DNA of 64,000 nucleotides from the human T2T-CHM13v2.0 reference genome, Homo sapiens: the NCBI RefSeq assembly GCF_009914755.1, contig NC_060932.1. The stretch is one strand, 5' to 3'. The notes under the pieces are model-generated. The model was not told the DNA's origin and made no database searches. It saw nothing but the letters and a program-made list of their open reading frames with translations. Both the position numbers and the translations under genes were made by a program. Shown here in pieces: positions 43,590-61,662 of this stretch (the stretch's first letter is position 1; every line of letters starts with the position of its first letter).

Positions 43590-45139
43590 TTAAACACATC
43601 ATTTTCCAACTGATTATCATCACCCACAGTCCATAACAAGAATATTTCTTTGTGTGGCTTCTGTTAAAGTACACCAACAAAAAAACCAGTCTTTCCCCAA
43701 AATAGATCACATTTTTATATAATCAGGAACACCATTCAGCCGAACAGGGCATGGAACAGAACTGCCAGGCATCCCATTTATACTGATTGTCCTACATTTC
43801 AACATCTGTCCCAGGGTCCTGTGTAACTCCTAAATTCCCTTATTTGAAACAAGAACTACAAAGGTGATGGTGAAAGTGGTACATCCTAACTCTGAACTCC
43901 TAAGACCTCCTTCCTCGCTGTTTTAGGCAACTGTCAAAAATCAGGAGTGTCTCTGTTCTCCGGCTGAGGACTAATTAAAAACAAGTAGCAAGGAAAAAAA
44001 TTTCAAGACACAAAGAAATTTGACCTAGCACAGTCAGGGACGCCTTCTTTTGCCTCTTTACTATGAACCTAAACATTAACCAGGATACAGATATCACCGG
44101 TACTGGTTTCTACCCACTGTTTATGAGACATCATCTTTTCTCATGTCTGAACAGTGACTGACCATTCACTTTGGGGGAGAGAAGCGTGAAGGGTTTTAAC
44201 AGCAACGAAGTAACTATTTCAAAGAGGGAAATGTTAGTATTTCTATTCTATGCTTTGGAGTAGAAATGACTGACAATACTAGGAAGACCCAATCACACCT
44301 CCATCACCCCACTGGAGACAGGTTCAGGGGGCAGACCCCACTTTGTTCTTTAATACCAAGAGCTAGCGTGCACAACATTCAGACAGCAATTTCTTAAAAG
44401 AGCTCCACAATCACTTAATGTTCATAACGCGTCAAATGTATCGGTCTGCAAAAAGGTGCATACTCCTCTTGGTGTTACGTGTTTGATAATCACAGGTTGT
44501 TAATTATCCTTTTCCCCAATAGAGAGGAAATATTAATTTTTTGAAGTGTTTGGGGAGCTTCAGGCTAGTAAAAGAGGAACTCGGCCAAGGGGCTGCCACG
44601 TAAGGTGCCCTAATTTGGGCAGGTGGTTAGGGAAAGCTCTCTGAGAAACTAACGCCTGCAGAGATGAGAAATATGACAGGCTGGGGAAGGTCAGCGACAT
44701 ATTGGTGGGAAGGCCATACGCATGGCCTTAAGGAATGGAAGGATGGATGAGGCTACTCAGATAACTAAGAGAAAGCCAAAGTGGCCACAGAAGAGCAAGT
44801 GAGTGGGCAAGTTTAGAGATTTGCAGGATGAAGAGTGTAGCTCAAGGAAAGGACGGAGCATTTTGATGGGTTTGATGGGAAGCCACTGAAGCGTTTTATG
44901 GGATACAGTGATTCATTTGCATTTTAAAAGATTATTCATTTACACTTTTAAAAGATCATATGGGTGTTATATGGAAAATGAATTGGAGTGAGACAAGAAG
45001 CAGCAGAGATATCAGCTAGAAATCCAAACGAGAACAGGAAAGTTTGGAGGAATAGGCAAAAGTGGATGAATTAAAATATATTTTGTAGGAAGAATTACAC
45101 AGTTTTCTGATAAACTGGATTTAAAGAATGAGGGAAAGG

Positions 45140-45445
<306 letters not shown>

Positions 45446-45988
45446 AGGGAAAGGGGAGATTAAGGTTAATTAGAATAGATACTAACCACTTACTCTGTGC
45501 CAGGCACTGTTCTAATGTAATACATGGAATATCTCATTTAATGCTCAGAACAATCCTATGAGGTGGGGGCTACTGTCATCCCCATCTTATAGGTGGAAAA
45601 AAGAAGGCAATGAGAGGCTAAATAACTTTTCCAAAGATATATAGATCCTAGATTCACACCCGAGCAGTCCAAATCTAGAACTCGTGGCATTGCGGATGAC
45701 TCCCAGGAATCTGGCTTGAACAACCAGGTGCATGTATTGAGAATGGGGAGACTAGAGAAGAAACAGTATCAAGAGCCTACATTGGGGCTTCCAAGTGATG
45801 CCCCAAGGACTCACTAAAACATCAGAAAAGAACATTTTTAAAAAGGAATCCATTACAGGGGTGCTAGAAAATAAGAAAAGATGCCATCTATACAGCAAAA
45901 GTTTCAAGAAATTCCAAGAAGATAAATTTTTGCTTAGAATCTCAACTTTAAGGCCGAGAACTGTTCTCTAAAGCAAGGTTCCCCTTGA

Positions 45989-47195
45989 GCAAGGATTCTT
46001 AACCTCAGGTCCGTGGGGAAGCAATTGCCAATCAAGAGAATTCTGGAAGTTCATGAAGCTGGGGAGGGGGTGATTTACATATTTATTTGCATTTACCTTT
46101 AGATGAAATTTAGCATGTTTTCAAATACAAATGTAAGCAACAAACCAGAGTATTGGTAGCAATAACCATAACTTGTCATCAATAGAAATTCATCATTTTC
46201 ATATCATCTAACAGTTACTACAGATATTTGGAAATATGTATACTCGTCCCTAGTTTGAAATGATAATAGTTACTAGACTCACCATTAAATCTTGTTATCA
46301 ATAAAGAAACATAGCTTTTTTTTTTTTTTAGAGATGGGATCTAGATATGTTGCTCTGACTGGACTCAAACTCTTGACCTCAAGCAATCCTCTTGCCTAAG
46401 CCTCCTGAGAAGTTGGGATACATATATTATCATACCACAAATGTAATATTTTGGTAGCCAATCAAATTGGTTTCTTTTGCAACTCTATCTACATTATTGT
46501 ATGCATTTAAAATGCATTATTCTGACAAAAGATCTAGAATTTTATCAGACTATCAAGAGGAGCCTGCTCAAGACTATTGTTTCTCAAATTGCAACTTATG
46601 ACCCATTAGTGGCTTGTAAAATCACTTTAGTGGATCATGACCACATTTTTATATCAATAAGTTTATACACACATATCTATTTAATAGAATATAAGTAAAA
46701 ATACCAGAGCAGAAAACACACTGTAAGATAAGCATTGTTTCATGGAACGTCTAAGTCACACGTGCATGTGAGTGTGTGTGCTGAGTCATGATTAAAAGTG
46801 TATTTCTCAAGGTTGCTCATGACCTAAACTGTTGGAAACATACTACCCTAGAGTGGTTCTCAAAATTTATCATGAATTAGCATTACCTACAGCACCAAGT
46901 AAAACACGTACTGCTGGGGTCCATCCCAGAGTTTCTGATGCCGTAGGTCTGTGGGGCCTGCGAATCTGCATTTTCTAACAATTTTTCAGGTGATGCTGAT
47001 GTTGCTGGTACAGGAGCCATCTTCTTTGTGAACCACTGCTCTCGACCAATGGTCTTCGTACTCTGTTGTATATACGAATCACCTGGAATCTTCTTAAAAC
47101 AGAAACTGAGCAGGTTAAGGTGGGGCCTGGGACTCCGCATTCCTAAAAGTTCCCTGGTGACCATGATCCACAGACCAGCTTTGAGGAGCAAGGCT
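45989..47195. mobile_element. Run of abutting hAT-Charlie elements (Charlie-like with FLAM inside, MER58B-like, MER5A, MER5B-like)
   Basis: Successive termini caaggattcttaacct, ttgtttctcaaa...ttggaaacatact, gagtggttctcaaa...gaaccactg, caatggtcttc...ctttgaggagcaagg. Confidence 0.55.
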
Positions 47196-47384
47196 TGAAG
47201 GCGCTAAAGCTTCCGAATGAAGCCGTGTTCAAAGTACGCTCAGACTATCACAAAAGTGAAACATTTTTTAAAAGGGACTGCTCGACCTAGAAGTAAAATT
47301 CACTAAAGGGCTCTGCTTAATAAAGTGCTCCATTAACATACTCCACCTTGCTAAATAATATAAAATTCATTCTGCTTGCATTTG

Positions 47385-47760
47385 TGTGGAGGCTAAAGTA
47401 ACTCTATCTTGGAAACTAACATGCCATGTTGACTTCTGATTAACCCCAGTTCTGGGAATGCCTCTGAGATTTCCAATTTATCTACTGTTTCTTGAGAAAT
47501 GGCACATACTTACAGTAAATCCTGCCCTTACATCAAATTCCTACCTATTCCCTCCAAAGCATGTGTGCCCCTTCCCTAGATATAATCCCTGGGTCTGGGG
47601 TATAATGGCATGGAGATCTATCCGTCTTGCAGTTGCCAAAAACCACGCTTCTGTCTGTCAGTTCCCCAATAAAACACCCTATAACAACAGTCTGGACCTG
47701 TCTGCCTTCTCCTTTGGTTTCTCAGCTCCACCTGCACTGGGGGGTTATTCTTACCAAACA
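47385..47760 (+). mobile_element. Solo LTR (LTR47-like, ERVL) with 5-bp TSD att(t/a)g
   Basis: TG...CA ends: tgtggaggctaaagtaactc...aataaa...accaaaca. Confidence 0.75.
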
Positions 47761-48463
47761 ATTAGTTATTCTTGAAGCTGTGAGCCCCTATTGATACATC
47801 CTCTTCCCATAGCAAGGCTTATAAATTTTTACTGATCTCTCCAATAATTAATGCAGGTCTTTGAAAACTGTATTGTTAAAACAATCAGATTAATGACAGA
47901 CCCACAGAATTCAGACTACTATTTCCTTTGGCATTACTAACTGAATAAAATATATTCTTTTGCTTCATCACAGTTGTTTTTACGAACATAAATCTCCTTA
48001 AGAAGTATGGAACATGAAACATTAGCAGCTGGACTGATGGTCAGGTGATCAGACTTAAATCTCGGCTCGATAGTACCACGCAGTCTCACACAAATGCTTC
48101 AAGTTTGGGCTTCAGCTTCCCTATTGATAAAAAGTGTTACTCAAATTTATCTCTCAGCTCTCCTTGAATTCTGAAGCACAATGATTCTTCACACTTCTGA
48201 ACCAGCTTCACAGACACTTCACTACGGAGCAGTAACATCTTTTCCTTGTGATAAAATTACAATGGCATGATCCCCAAAACACACCCTGTATTTAAAGATG
48301 CAAGCCCACCATTAAATGGATGGGACAAACAAAATCTCAACCTTACATTTGATATGACTTTTCACATTTACAAAGAATTACATTCACGTTATCCAACTCG
48401 CAACATTACCGATTATAATTACCAATTTTAGACACAAGATAAGCACTACTGATGTAGAATGAC

Positions 48464-48934
<471 letters not shown>

Positions 48935-49260
48935 TGAGAAAGGTGGCATGCTCCTTCATTTCCTTAATTATTTCAACTTCAGTATGATTTTCAGAGAATC
49001 TGAAAGCCTCCAAGTCAGCCAGTGAGTATTATAAAGAAAAAATTAAACACTAAATTAAAGACTATAAAATAATATTTCATGACTCACTCAAAACTAACAC
49101 TTGGTTCCAACAGTCACACTCTGCACTTGATCCTGCTCAATCCTATCTGCTCCCATTGCCCAGCAGAAGCCAGGCCCATGGAAGCAGGGAGCCACGCACA
49201 ACTTAAGTGCAGACAGGGACAAGAAGCTCAAGGCTAATGCTGCAAAAGGCAACAGTTAGG

Positions 49261-49640
49261 CGTTACGGGCTGAATTGCGTCCCCCCAAGATTTATATGTT
49301 GAAGTCCTAACCCCCAGTACCTCAAATGTAACTGTATTTGGAGATAAGGTCTTTAAAGAGATAATTAGGTTAAAATGAAATCAGTAGAGTGTGTCCTAAC
49401 TTAACATGACTAATGTCTTCATATGAAAAGATGACGACAGGCACACACTGAGAAAAGACCATGTGAAGACACAGGGAGAAGGTGGCCATCTGCAAGACAA
49501 AGAGAGAGGCCTCAGAAGAAAGCAACCCTTCCAACTTTGATCTCGAATTTCTACTCTCTAGAACTGTAAGAAAATTAATTTCTGTTGTTTCAGTGCCCTG
49601 TTTATGGTACTTTATTACAGCAGCCTAGTTAACTATTACT
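49261..49640 (+). mobile_element. MLT1B-like MaLR solo LTR
   Basis: gttacgggctgaattgcgtcccccc...gttgaagtcctaacccccagtacctc...tatggtactttattacagcagcc. Confidence 0.8.
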
Positions 49641-51041
49641 TTAGGAAAGGCTACAGATTAGAGGGCAAAAGGAAAATTCTCCAGGATGACAGGTAACAAG
49701 CCCCTGCTATTCCCTTTTAATAAGCAAAAGGGTCTGGATGAGAAGGTATATCCTTGCACCAGCCCACACAGGAGGAATGTGGGTTTGAAGACATGCAAAG
49801 TTGTAAAAGGAGGTGAATCTTTCACTCTAGCCAAAAACAGCGATGTATAATACTCTAATCCAGTGGTTTTCCCAGCTGTGTACATGAGAATCCTAAGATT
49901 CAAAGAAGCTGCCTGGGTATAGAGACAGGGTGGCTGCAAAGATCAACAAAGGAGGCATGGTGAAAAAGACTCTTGTTCACTCAACCCCACACCACTTTTG
50001 CAACCACAGTAGTTCCATTTCTGTTTTAAAGATTCAAGTTCTATAACAGGTTTATGGGGAAGGGAGACGTCCAGTGTAAAAAGGAAAAAGAAAAAGTTTT
50101 AAAAAATCACTGTTGTTTATTTCTGGGTAAGATGGCAAAATAAATATACACATTTGCATTTGCCCTCATCCAAAGCTACTAAAAGCACAGTAAAGAGATT
50201 CTTCTTATAAAAGCACAAACCCACAGGAAATAGAATAAGAAAAATGACATTTTTGAAGCAAATGATCTAGTGATAACTGACACAGGAGACCACAGGAAAA
50301 CCTGGAGAAGGAAAAGAACAATTCAATGCACCCCACAAGACATCCAAAGGACAAGGGAATGAGGGAGCCTGGTAAACTCTTGAAGTGAAGGAAAAGGGAG
50401 TGGCTTAGATAACAGAGGACTATTCACAAGGAATGGTTATCAAGCACTTAAGTCCTCAGATCCCTGCCTCCACTACACTGGGAGACAGCCCCTCCCCTAT
50501 TCAGGTAAAACAATAGTTTTATTAACTAGAGAGATTTTTCAAAGAGCACTCTGGCCTAGGGGACACCACACACTACTGAAGTTAAAGATACCATAGCGGA
50601 AACTGGGATTTGTATGCTGGATGTTAAGATGCTTAGATTTCTTCACTCACCAAGCTAATGAAATTATGGCACCCTATACTTCACCATGCAAGCAGGAGAC
50701 CGGAAGAGTTTTCACTGAGGAATGCAGCTAGACCAAGAAGGAAAACCTACAAAATTAAGTCACGACTCTACTAGTAAATAACTTAACCAGATCCTCCTGC
50801 AGTGAAGCTTAGAGCTTCCACTTGGCTATTACCACCCCACTACTATATCACATTATACTCCTTAACTTTCATGACTATGATGGTTTTGAAAGTTTCAGGC
50901 CAGTTATTTTACAGAATGTTCTTCAACTTGGGCTTATCTTCATGTTTCATGAGGCTGTTCTTCTCTTTGCACCCTATCAGTGGCACATGCTTTCACTTTG
51001 TCCAATTACAGATCACATTCACTTTGATCTGCCAGGTTTCA

Positions 51042-51413
<372 letters not shown>

Positions 51414-51895
51414 TCAGCTTAAACTTTTTCTCTTAGTAACGAATTATTACGCTGTGGAAAGGCACTTAGGAACTATGTAAATATCTTGTTTCACACCAAA
51501 CTTTCAATTTATAATTTTATTTATTTTTATCAGAACAGGCTGAATTTATTGCTTTTTTATTTCAGTGCTCAAATTGCCCAGTTGGGACTGACAGAAGCCT
51601 CTTCAAGTTGGCTTCTGTGTCTTTTGACCTGTCCCCATTATTCTCTGAGCATTTATTTACTTTCTCACGCCACAGAATGTTCCATGCTTCTCTTATATTT
51701 TCCATCTGCCCTAGAATGAGCCATTTTATTTTAAAACAAAACTGGTTCCTTTCGATGAAAAATATTCTTTAGATCTAAGACCTCAACACTAGCTGTGCTT
51801 ACTGTTATTGGAGAGTAGCTGCTTATAGGTCAGCTAGGGAATTTCAGACAGACACACACACACACACATACGTACACACACACATTCACACTCAC

Positions 51896-52393
51896 TGTGG
51901 TAGACTAAATAAAGGTCCTCCCCCACAAAATGTCTACATTCTAATCTCTGGAACCTGTGAATGTCACCTTACATGGCATAGCCTTTGAAGATGTGATTAA
52001 ATTAAATTTCTGGGCATGGGAGGGCTATCTTGGATTAGCCAAGTGAACCCTAAATGACATCACATGTATCCTTATAAGAGGGAAGAAAAGAAAGATATGA
52101 GGCAGAAGAGAAGAAAGTCATGAGACAGAAGCATAGAAAAGTAGAGCCAGAGATAAGATACTGCAACACTGGCTTTGAAGATGGAGGAAGGGGCTGTGAG
52201 CCAAGGAATGCAAGAAATGTAGCTCTAGAGTCTAGAAATGGCAAAGAAACAGATTATCCTCTGGCACCTTGATTTTAGCCCCTAAGACTCCTTTCCGACT
52301 TCTAGTCTCCAAAACTTGAAGAGAATAAATCTCTGTTGCTTTAAGCCACCAAGTTTGTGATACTTTCTTCCAGCAGCTATAGGAAACCAATAC
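51896..52393 (+). mobile_element. MLT1D-like MaLR solo LTR
   Basis: tgtggtagactaaataa...ggaacctgtgaatgtcaccttacatggca...gcagctataggaaaccaataca. Confidence 0.8.
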
Positions 52394-52433
52394 AGATAAA
52401 CAGAAATATACACAAATACACACTTTATATCTA

Positions 52434-52778
<345 letters not shown>

Positions 52779-53078
52779 TCACATTCATATTTTTCCATAA
52801 ATGTATTTATGCTGCTTTCAAGTACAAATGAGTCATTAATGAGATAATCACAAGACTAACATGTAACTTGTTACTCCACCTGTACTGTTCCTTTTTAGCA
52901 CAGATCATCCAAATACACTTTGCTGTCCCTCTATAATTAAGACTTTCCACTATAATTAAAAATTTTTTATTGTTGAAAAACAAAGAAAACTATCCATTCC
53001 CTCAGTTTATCTGGCAATAAAGAGGAAGATTCAAGTCCTAGCATGTGTAGCATTTTTTTCCTTTAAAAATATGTGTGA

Positions 53079-53844
<766 letters not shown>

Positions 53845-55804
53845 CTACAACCAGTCCCTCGTCCCCTCACAGACTAACTGGATAGATATTCCAAAAGTCA
53901 GTAACAACGTCAAGTAAAAAAGTAAAACTGGGACAGAATGCCTCTCAAGAGTAGAGAGCTTCACGGACAAAACAGCCAGGAAACAAACCGGGTAGCTGAA
54001 AGGCCCCATCTTTAATTTGTGAAGGTTAGAAACAGCATGGAAACCAAAGGGCAAAGCAGGAAATGGACCACCAGCTTAGGGAGAAGACGTCGGCAAAAAG
54101 CAAGCCTCGGTCCTCACCCAGTCATCATGCAGCCCCGCTGCCAGCTTGTTTTTAATTGTGTGAGCACAAGACCAATAACTGAATTCATGGCCTTGTTAAA
54201 AGCCCCTGGAGGTCCATTCTCATTTTCCCACCAGCTGCTCTCTTCACTCTGTCCATTTCCAGTGTGAAAGACGCTCCCCTGGGACAAGGGGAAGCCGGGG
54301 TTCTGCTGCTCCTCCAGGCAAGGGGTCAGGGAGCGGCGGCCATATGGGGTGGCGGGGGGCCCAGAGCAGAGCCGCAGTGGCACGAGCTGGCTTCCATCGA
54401 CACACATGTGAAGGCAGAGGAAAGGACAAGAAAGCATGCCTTTAACAGGCTCAAATGAATCTTCCTTTGGTAACCTTCATGTTGGACCCATTTTCGTTGT
54501 CTTTTAACCAGATGGGAAGATTCTATCCCCCTTCTAGGAACCGTGCCTGGCCTGGGCAAGGTTCTGAATTCATAATACCCGAGGGCTTCTTACCAATGGT
54601 GGTAGCTGCTTTATTTTTTTTGAAGTGTGACATAGAAAGCTGGGAGCTAGAAAGCTAGGACGGTACACATTCATTTGTAATAAAGCCTCCCATAAAACTA
54701 AAGTAGGATAGAGGGATCAAGTCTTCTTCACAACTCCTTCACTAAGACAGCAGTAACTAAAGAGCTGGAGACCTTCAATGAAAGAATTTGAAGAAAATTA
54801 ACAACCGACTATTATGAGTTCACAGCATATCCTCCGCCTTTGCCACCATCTCATAATCAGTAATGACAGACTGAGAAGACGGGCGGACTTGGACAGCAAA
54901 CAATAAACCTAGTGATTCAAGACTTCATCTCGCCTTTTCCCCTACCTATTCCTGACCTTTTTTGCCTTCCTCAGGTTCTGGACCTGTGTGCTTCTGATAA
55001 TGTTTAAAATTCACAAATGAAGCAGATAGTATAAATATTTGCATTTAAAAAATAAAAACATTGTTAAACCTTTGAACACATCTTACTGGCTACAGACTCT
55101 GGATTCTTAACAGGAGGATGGAGCTCTCCACGTTGGGAGAGCACTTGGGGATTTAAGTCGGGTCACATGAGGAAAAGCTGAAAACTACACAGAACTTTAA
55201 AAGTCAGCCCAGCATAATCAGGATCCCTATGAGGAAATCAACCAGACTGAATAAATAACATTCATAAATGCTCCTCTACTTCTTTCTCAAAAAAATGGAG
55301 GTGGGTCAGGTACTGAGAACAATCAAAACAAGTACTATGCAAAGCAGAGACTACAGGCTCACACGAAGTGTTCAATAAATATTTTTCCTGAATCCTTATA
55401 AACTAGGAAACCTCAAAAAAGCCTTGAAACCTTGGAAAAGGTTAGGAAGAAGTCCTACAAAGAAATTGCATAAGCATCAGCCTTAGTCACCTAAATCTGC
55501 TTTGCAAATATCATGGTATCTTTGGTCATTTCAGAAGTTCCAATAACTTCTGAAACAAAGTGAAATCCACTCTATATTTTTAAAAAACATAATTTGTCAC
55601 TTTGACAAAGAGAAAAACAGGTGCTAAATGTGATTTTAAGGTGGGAATCATGAGAAGTAAGTGTCTTCTCACCTTAGTTTGCTATATCTCTAGTTCCCTT
55701 AACTTAAAAGTGACCTCTTGGTGGCAACTGTGTATTTAAGTGAAACATGTAATACCTAGAACTGCACCTTACAAATAAGACAGGCAAAAGATTGCTCTTG
55801 ATTA

Positions 55805-56147
<343 letters not shown>

Positions 56148-57135
56148 TCAATGTTATTTTCTACTTACACAGTATTAATCATTTACCCAACCTACATGCA
56201 TGCAGAAAAAAAATAATCTCCTAGGCAAATATAAACATTCTGAAACTCATGAAATCCATGTTGTGATTTACACTAAAATAACACACGAAATATTTAAAAT
56301 AATATAATCATTGCATTAATTTCTGTAAGAAATACATGTCCCACTTAAATTTCATTAAAGGTAAATATCTCCAAGCAAATGATCATGAGCTTCATATCAC
56401 AAAGAAAATCTGAAGTCAGGTCACTCAGTGGAAAGCTTTTGGTTCTGTGTATAGGACATAAATCGTGACCAGATCATACCAAGCATTTCATCCCTGGCTG
56501 TTAATAAATGAATATTATGAAGAACTGTCCATAAACTGAGCTCAGAGCATCTACAAAACACATGTCTGTAAGGACAAGGTAAAGAGGGGCACCAAAGAGA
56601 GCATAAGGTCCTGAAAATATAAATTTAGCAAAAAATTTCACATCAGTTCTCAGACGAATAACACTATCTCTCGTCTTGATAAATTTTTTCATCATATTTT
56701 AAATTTTAATTTAAAATGATATAGAAAAGTAAAATACATTATATGGGTGCTTAATACTCCTGTCAATTACCAGTAAAGTCATTCTTCAAAATGTCATGAC
56801 AAGACAAGATGCATCAACTGCCTGACTTTCCACTGCGAAATTCTTACATCCCAGCTTCAGGGAGGTTCTGAGGGCAGTCAATAGGTGCCCAATAGCACCT
56901 ATTTAAACTATAGCTTTGTCACGATACTCATACTACCTGCAATATGAAAAAGTTCCCATTATACCTTTTTAACTTTTATAAAGAAACAAACTATTTATTT
57001 GTAATGAATATTCAAAGACACAAACTATTCGTTGAAAGCCAAAAGGAATAAACTTCTCAGAAAGGAATTGTTTACAGAAGCATATTAAAAGTGGTTATTT
57101 TATTAGTTTTTTTGAGGAACTCTGTTACTTTTCCC

Positions 57136-57542
57136 TTAACACATCCATCACCTCAAATACTTTTTGTATTTTGTGGTAGCAACATTTGAAATTTACTCTC
57201 AGTGATTTTGAAATGTATAATACACCATTATTAAAATTATATTCAAGGTGCTCTGCAATAGAGCTCAAAAAAGAAACAAACAAGCAAAAAGAAACAACGT
57301 ATTCCTCTTGTCCAACTGAGGCTTTGCACCCTCTGGCCATCATCTCCCGATTTCCCCTACCCCAGCCTCTGGTAACCACTATTCCGCTTTCTGTTTCTAT
57401 CAGTTCAACTGTTTTAGAGCCCACATACAAGTGAGAACATGCAGTATTTGCCCTTTTATGCCCAGCTTATTTCCTTTTCACTTCATAACATCACTTTGTA
57501 CCCCATAAATATATACAACTATAACTTATCAATTTATAATTC
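57136..57542. mobile_element. L1MA 3' UTR with inversion (minus piece 57136-57472, plus terminal piece about 57484-57542)
   Basis: Antisense taacacatccatcacctc...gcttatttc followed by sense ataacatcactttgtaccccataaatatatacaa. Confidence 0.7.
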
Positions 57543-57889
57543 ATATATTTATATATACATAATATAAAATTCCACGACCCATTTGGTCACTGACCTCTCG
57601 GGGAACATCAGGTTGTTCCCTGGTGCCTTGACAAGAGTTTATCGGCCTCACCCACACACGCAAGTGATCCAAGAACTGTCCTGTGTCATGCACTTGAGAA
57701 AGCCAACACAGGAGACACAGTATTTCTGTTGCTCTAGGGCCGAGCTGCAATGGGTTACCTGGGGTGCTTGTGGATAAACTGCTGATTGCTAGATTGAATC
57801 AGATTCTTAGGAATGGAGCTGCAGAACCTGCATTTTGACTTGACTCCTCCATGTGATTCTTAGGCATGCTGATGTTTGAGGAATATTCA

Positions 57890-58242
<353 letters not shown>

Positions 58243-58497
58243 AGGACCACGGAACAGCAGGGCAGTGGAAAGCAAGGAACAAAACCCAATCCTCTAGGGC
58301 CACAGCCACCATTCCTACAACACAAACCACAACCACAAAGTACCTGGAAAAATGCACTGACAAGTTAGGATTTCTGGCTTCTTGAGGGTATTTTACAACT
58401 GATGTTAACATTGTTAGTTGCTTTTATCAATGGCTTCAAATTTGTGCAATTAGTGAAAATAATTAGCCATGAAGTTGCTTTTGGACCCAAACAATCA

Positions 58498-58821
<324 letters not shown>

Positions 58822-59639
58822 CTGGGAAATGTTCCTTGCTACATAAGACTGATTCAGTCTCACAAATACTGCATTTTCAACAGACAATGCATGAACTAAA
58901 GAATAATGGGTGGATGCCAGTCACCTTTGTTCTTAAATACAGAACACTGGAGAATAAATGATTCACCAAGAGGTGTCCTCAATTTCATAGTTTTAAAGAC
59001 GTCTACATCCTACTCCTCCCCTACCCACATGCCTACTCCACGGTCAATGATCTCCAGAACTTCTGAAGATTATAGGCTTATTCTTTCTATCTTTACATCC
59101 ATAATTGGAACATAAAAATAATGTGATAAACTGTTAACTTTAAGAATGCTTGTTTGAGCTTGCCAGAGACCTAAAAACGGACTTGTTTCTGGGGAAAAAT
59201 AACAGAGCTCCAAATAATTAAATTTTAAGTAAACTTTTGGGATTCACATGTGAAAGTCAGAGATCACCTATACATTTTATTGATACACATGATAGTAAAA
59301 TCTGGTTCAACGCGGTTAACAGCTTACATCAATTTACAAAGACTACTGATGTGACTCTGATTACAAATCCCTAATTGTGCTGTGAGAGACTGATAACAAA
59401 TCATCTTGTGAACAAGAACAAATGAATTAAATATACAAATTATAGGACTGTTAGAATAACAGTTCCATTATTTAGAGCACAATAATCCAGCAAACATATT
59501 TGGAATATAGAAAGCAGATTTTCAGAGTGGCCAAAGCATACATGTTTACAAGTCCATGCAATTAAATACACTTTATTCAGGAGAGCCCTTCGAAGCTCTT
59601 ACATATGGACAATTTGGAGACATTTAGTTATTTTTCTAA

Positions 59640-60800
<1,161 letters not shown>

Positions 60801-60902
60801 TCAAGATATCAAACAGTGACACAGGGCTCTGAGCAATTTCAGCAGATGCTTGCTCAGTGAGAATGGATACCAGCTGTATTGGTACAGGCCATTTAATGTA
60901 TA

Positions 60903-60988
60903 CACTTGCTCCTCAACTTATGATGTGGCTACATCCCCATCATAAGTTGAAAAATATCTTAAGTCGAACCATCTTAAGGACCATCTGT
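60903..60988. mobile_element. Short Tigger-family MITE (MER47/Tigger5-like)
   Basis: TA|cacttgctcctcaacttatgatg...ggaccatctg|TA. Confidence 0.6.
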
Positions 60989-61349
60989 ATTAGCCATAAA
61001 TATTAACACGGCACATAAACATGCATAGAAAAAAATCTGGAAAAAATAAAAAACCAAGATACCTGTGGCACAGTGGATATGAGGGGCCCAAGATTTGGGG
61101 AGGGGTTCAATGCTGAATTTGACCTCATCAGTAATGCTTTAAATTTCTATGAGAATGTACTCATGAATTAATTATGTAACTAAAATTTAATTTTTATAAG
61201 AAAAAAAAAGAGTAGTATGGAAAAAGTATATCAGTTGAGGTACTCATTCATTTTACTTGTCAAGTGTTATGTAGTTCTTGAATCAAATCTGGCTAAAATT
61301 TTCTCATAAAGATGACCAATGTTTAGTTCCCTAATCTAGAAGCAATCAA

Positions 61350-61378
61350 CCATCCATCCATCCATCCATCCATCCATC
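61350..61378. repeat. (CCAT)7 tetranucleotide STR
   Basis: Direct reading. Confidence 0.95.
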
Positions 61379-61499
61379 ACAAAAAAGAGTTCTGGTCGGA
61401 GAAGAATACCAAGGGACACTGTCTATCATATTCCAATTTCAGTGGTGGAGGGGATGCACAAAGTAACATCCTGATGTAGTATTTGTCTAGCTTCAAGTC

Positions 61500-61662
61500 C
61501 AGTGTTTCCTAAACTTGGGTATATCTGAGAATTCCTTGAAACCTCACCCCAAATATTCTGTTTTCGCAGGCCTGCAGTGGGGGCTCAAGATTCTGTATCC
61601 CTGCCAAACCCCACAGGATTCTGATACAGACGGTTCAAGGACCACACACTGAGAAACACTGC
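61500..61662. mobile_element. MER5A-like MITE
   Basis: cagtgtttcctaaactt...ccacacactgagaaacactg inverted ends. Confidence 0.7.

Noticed and set aside
54114-54437. 107-aa minus-strand ORF as an alternative coding first exon of PSD3
   Set aside because: The donor near 54118 would be phase 2 whereas the exon needs phase 0, and the phase-compatible frame has a TAA and no ATG.
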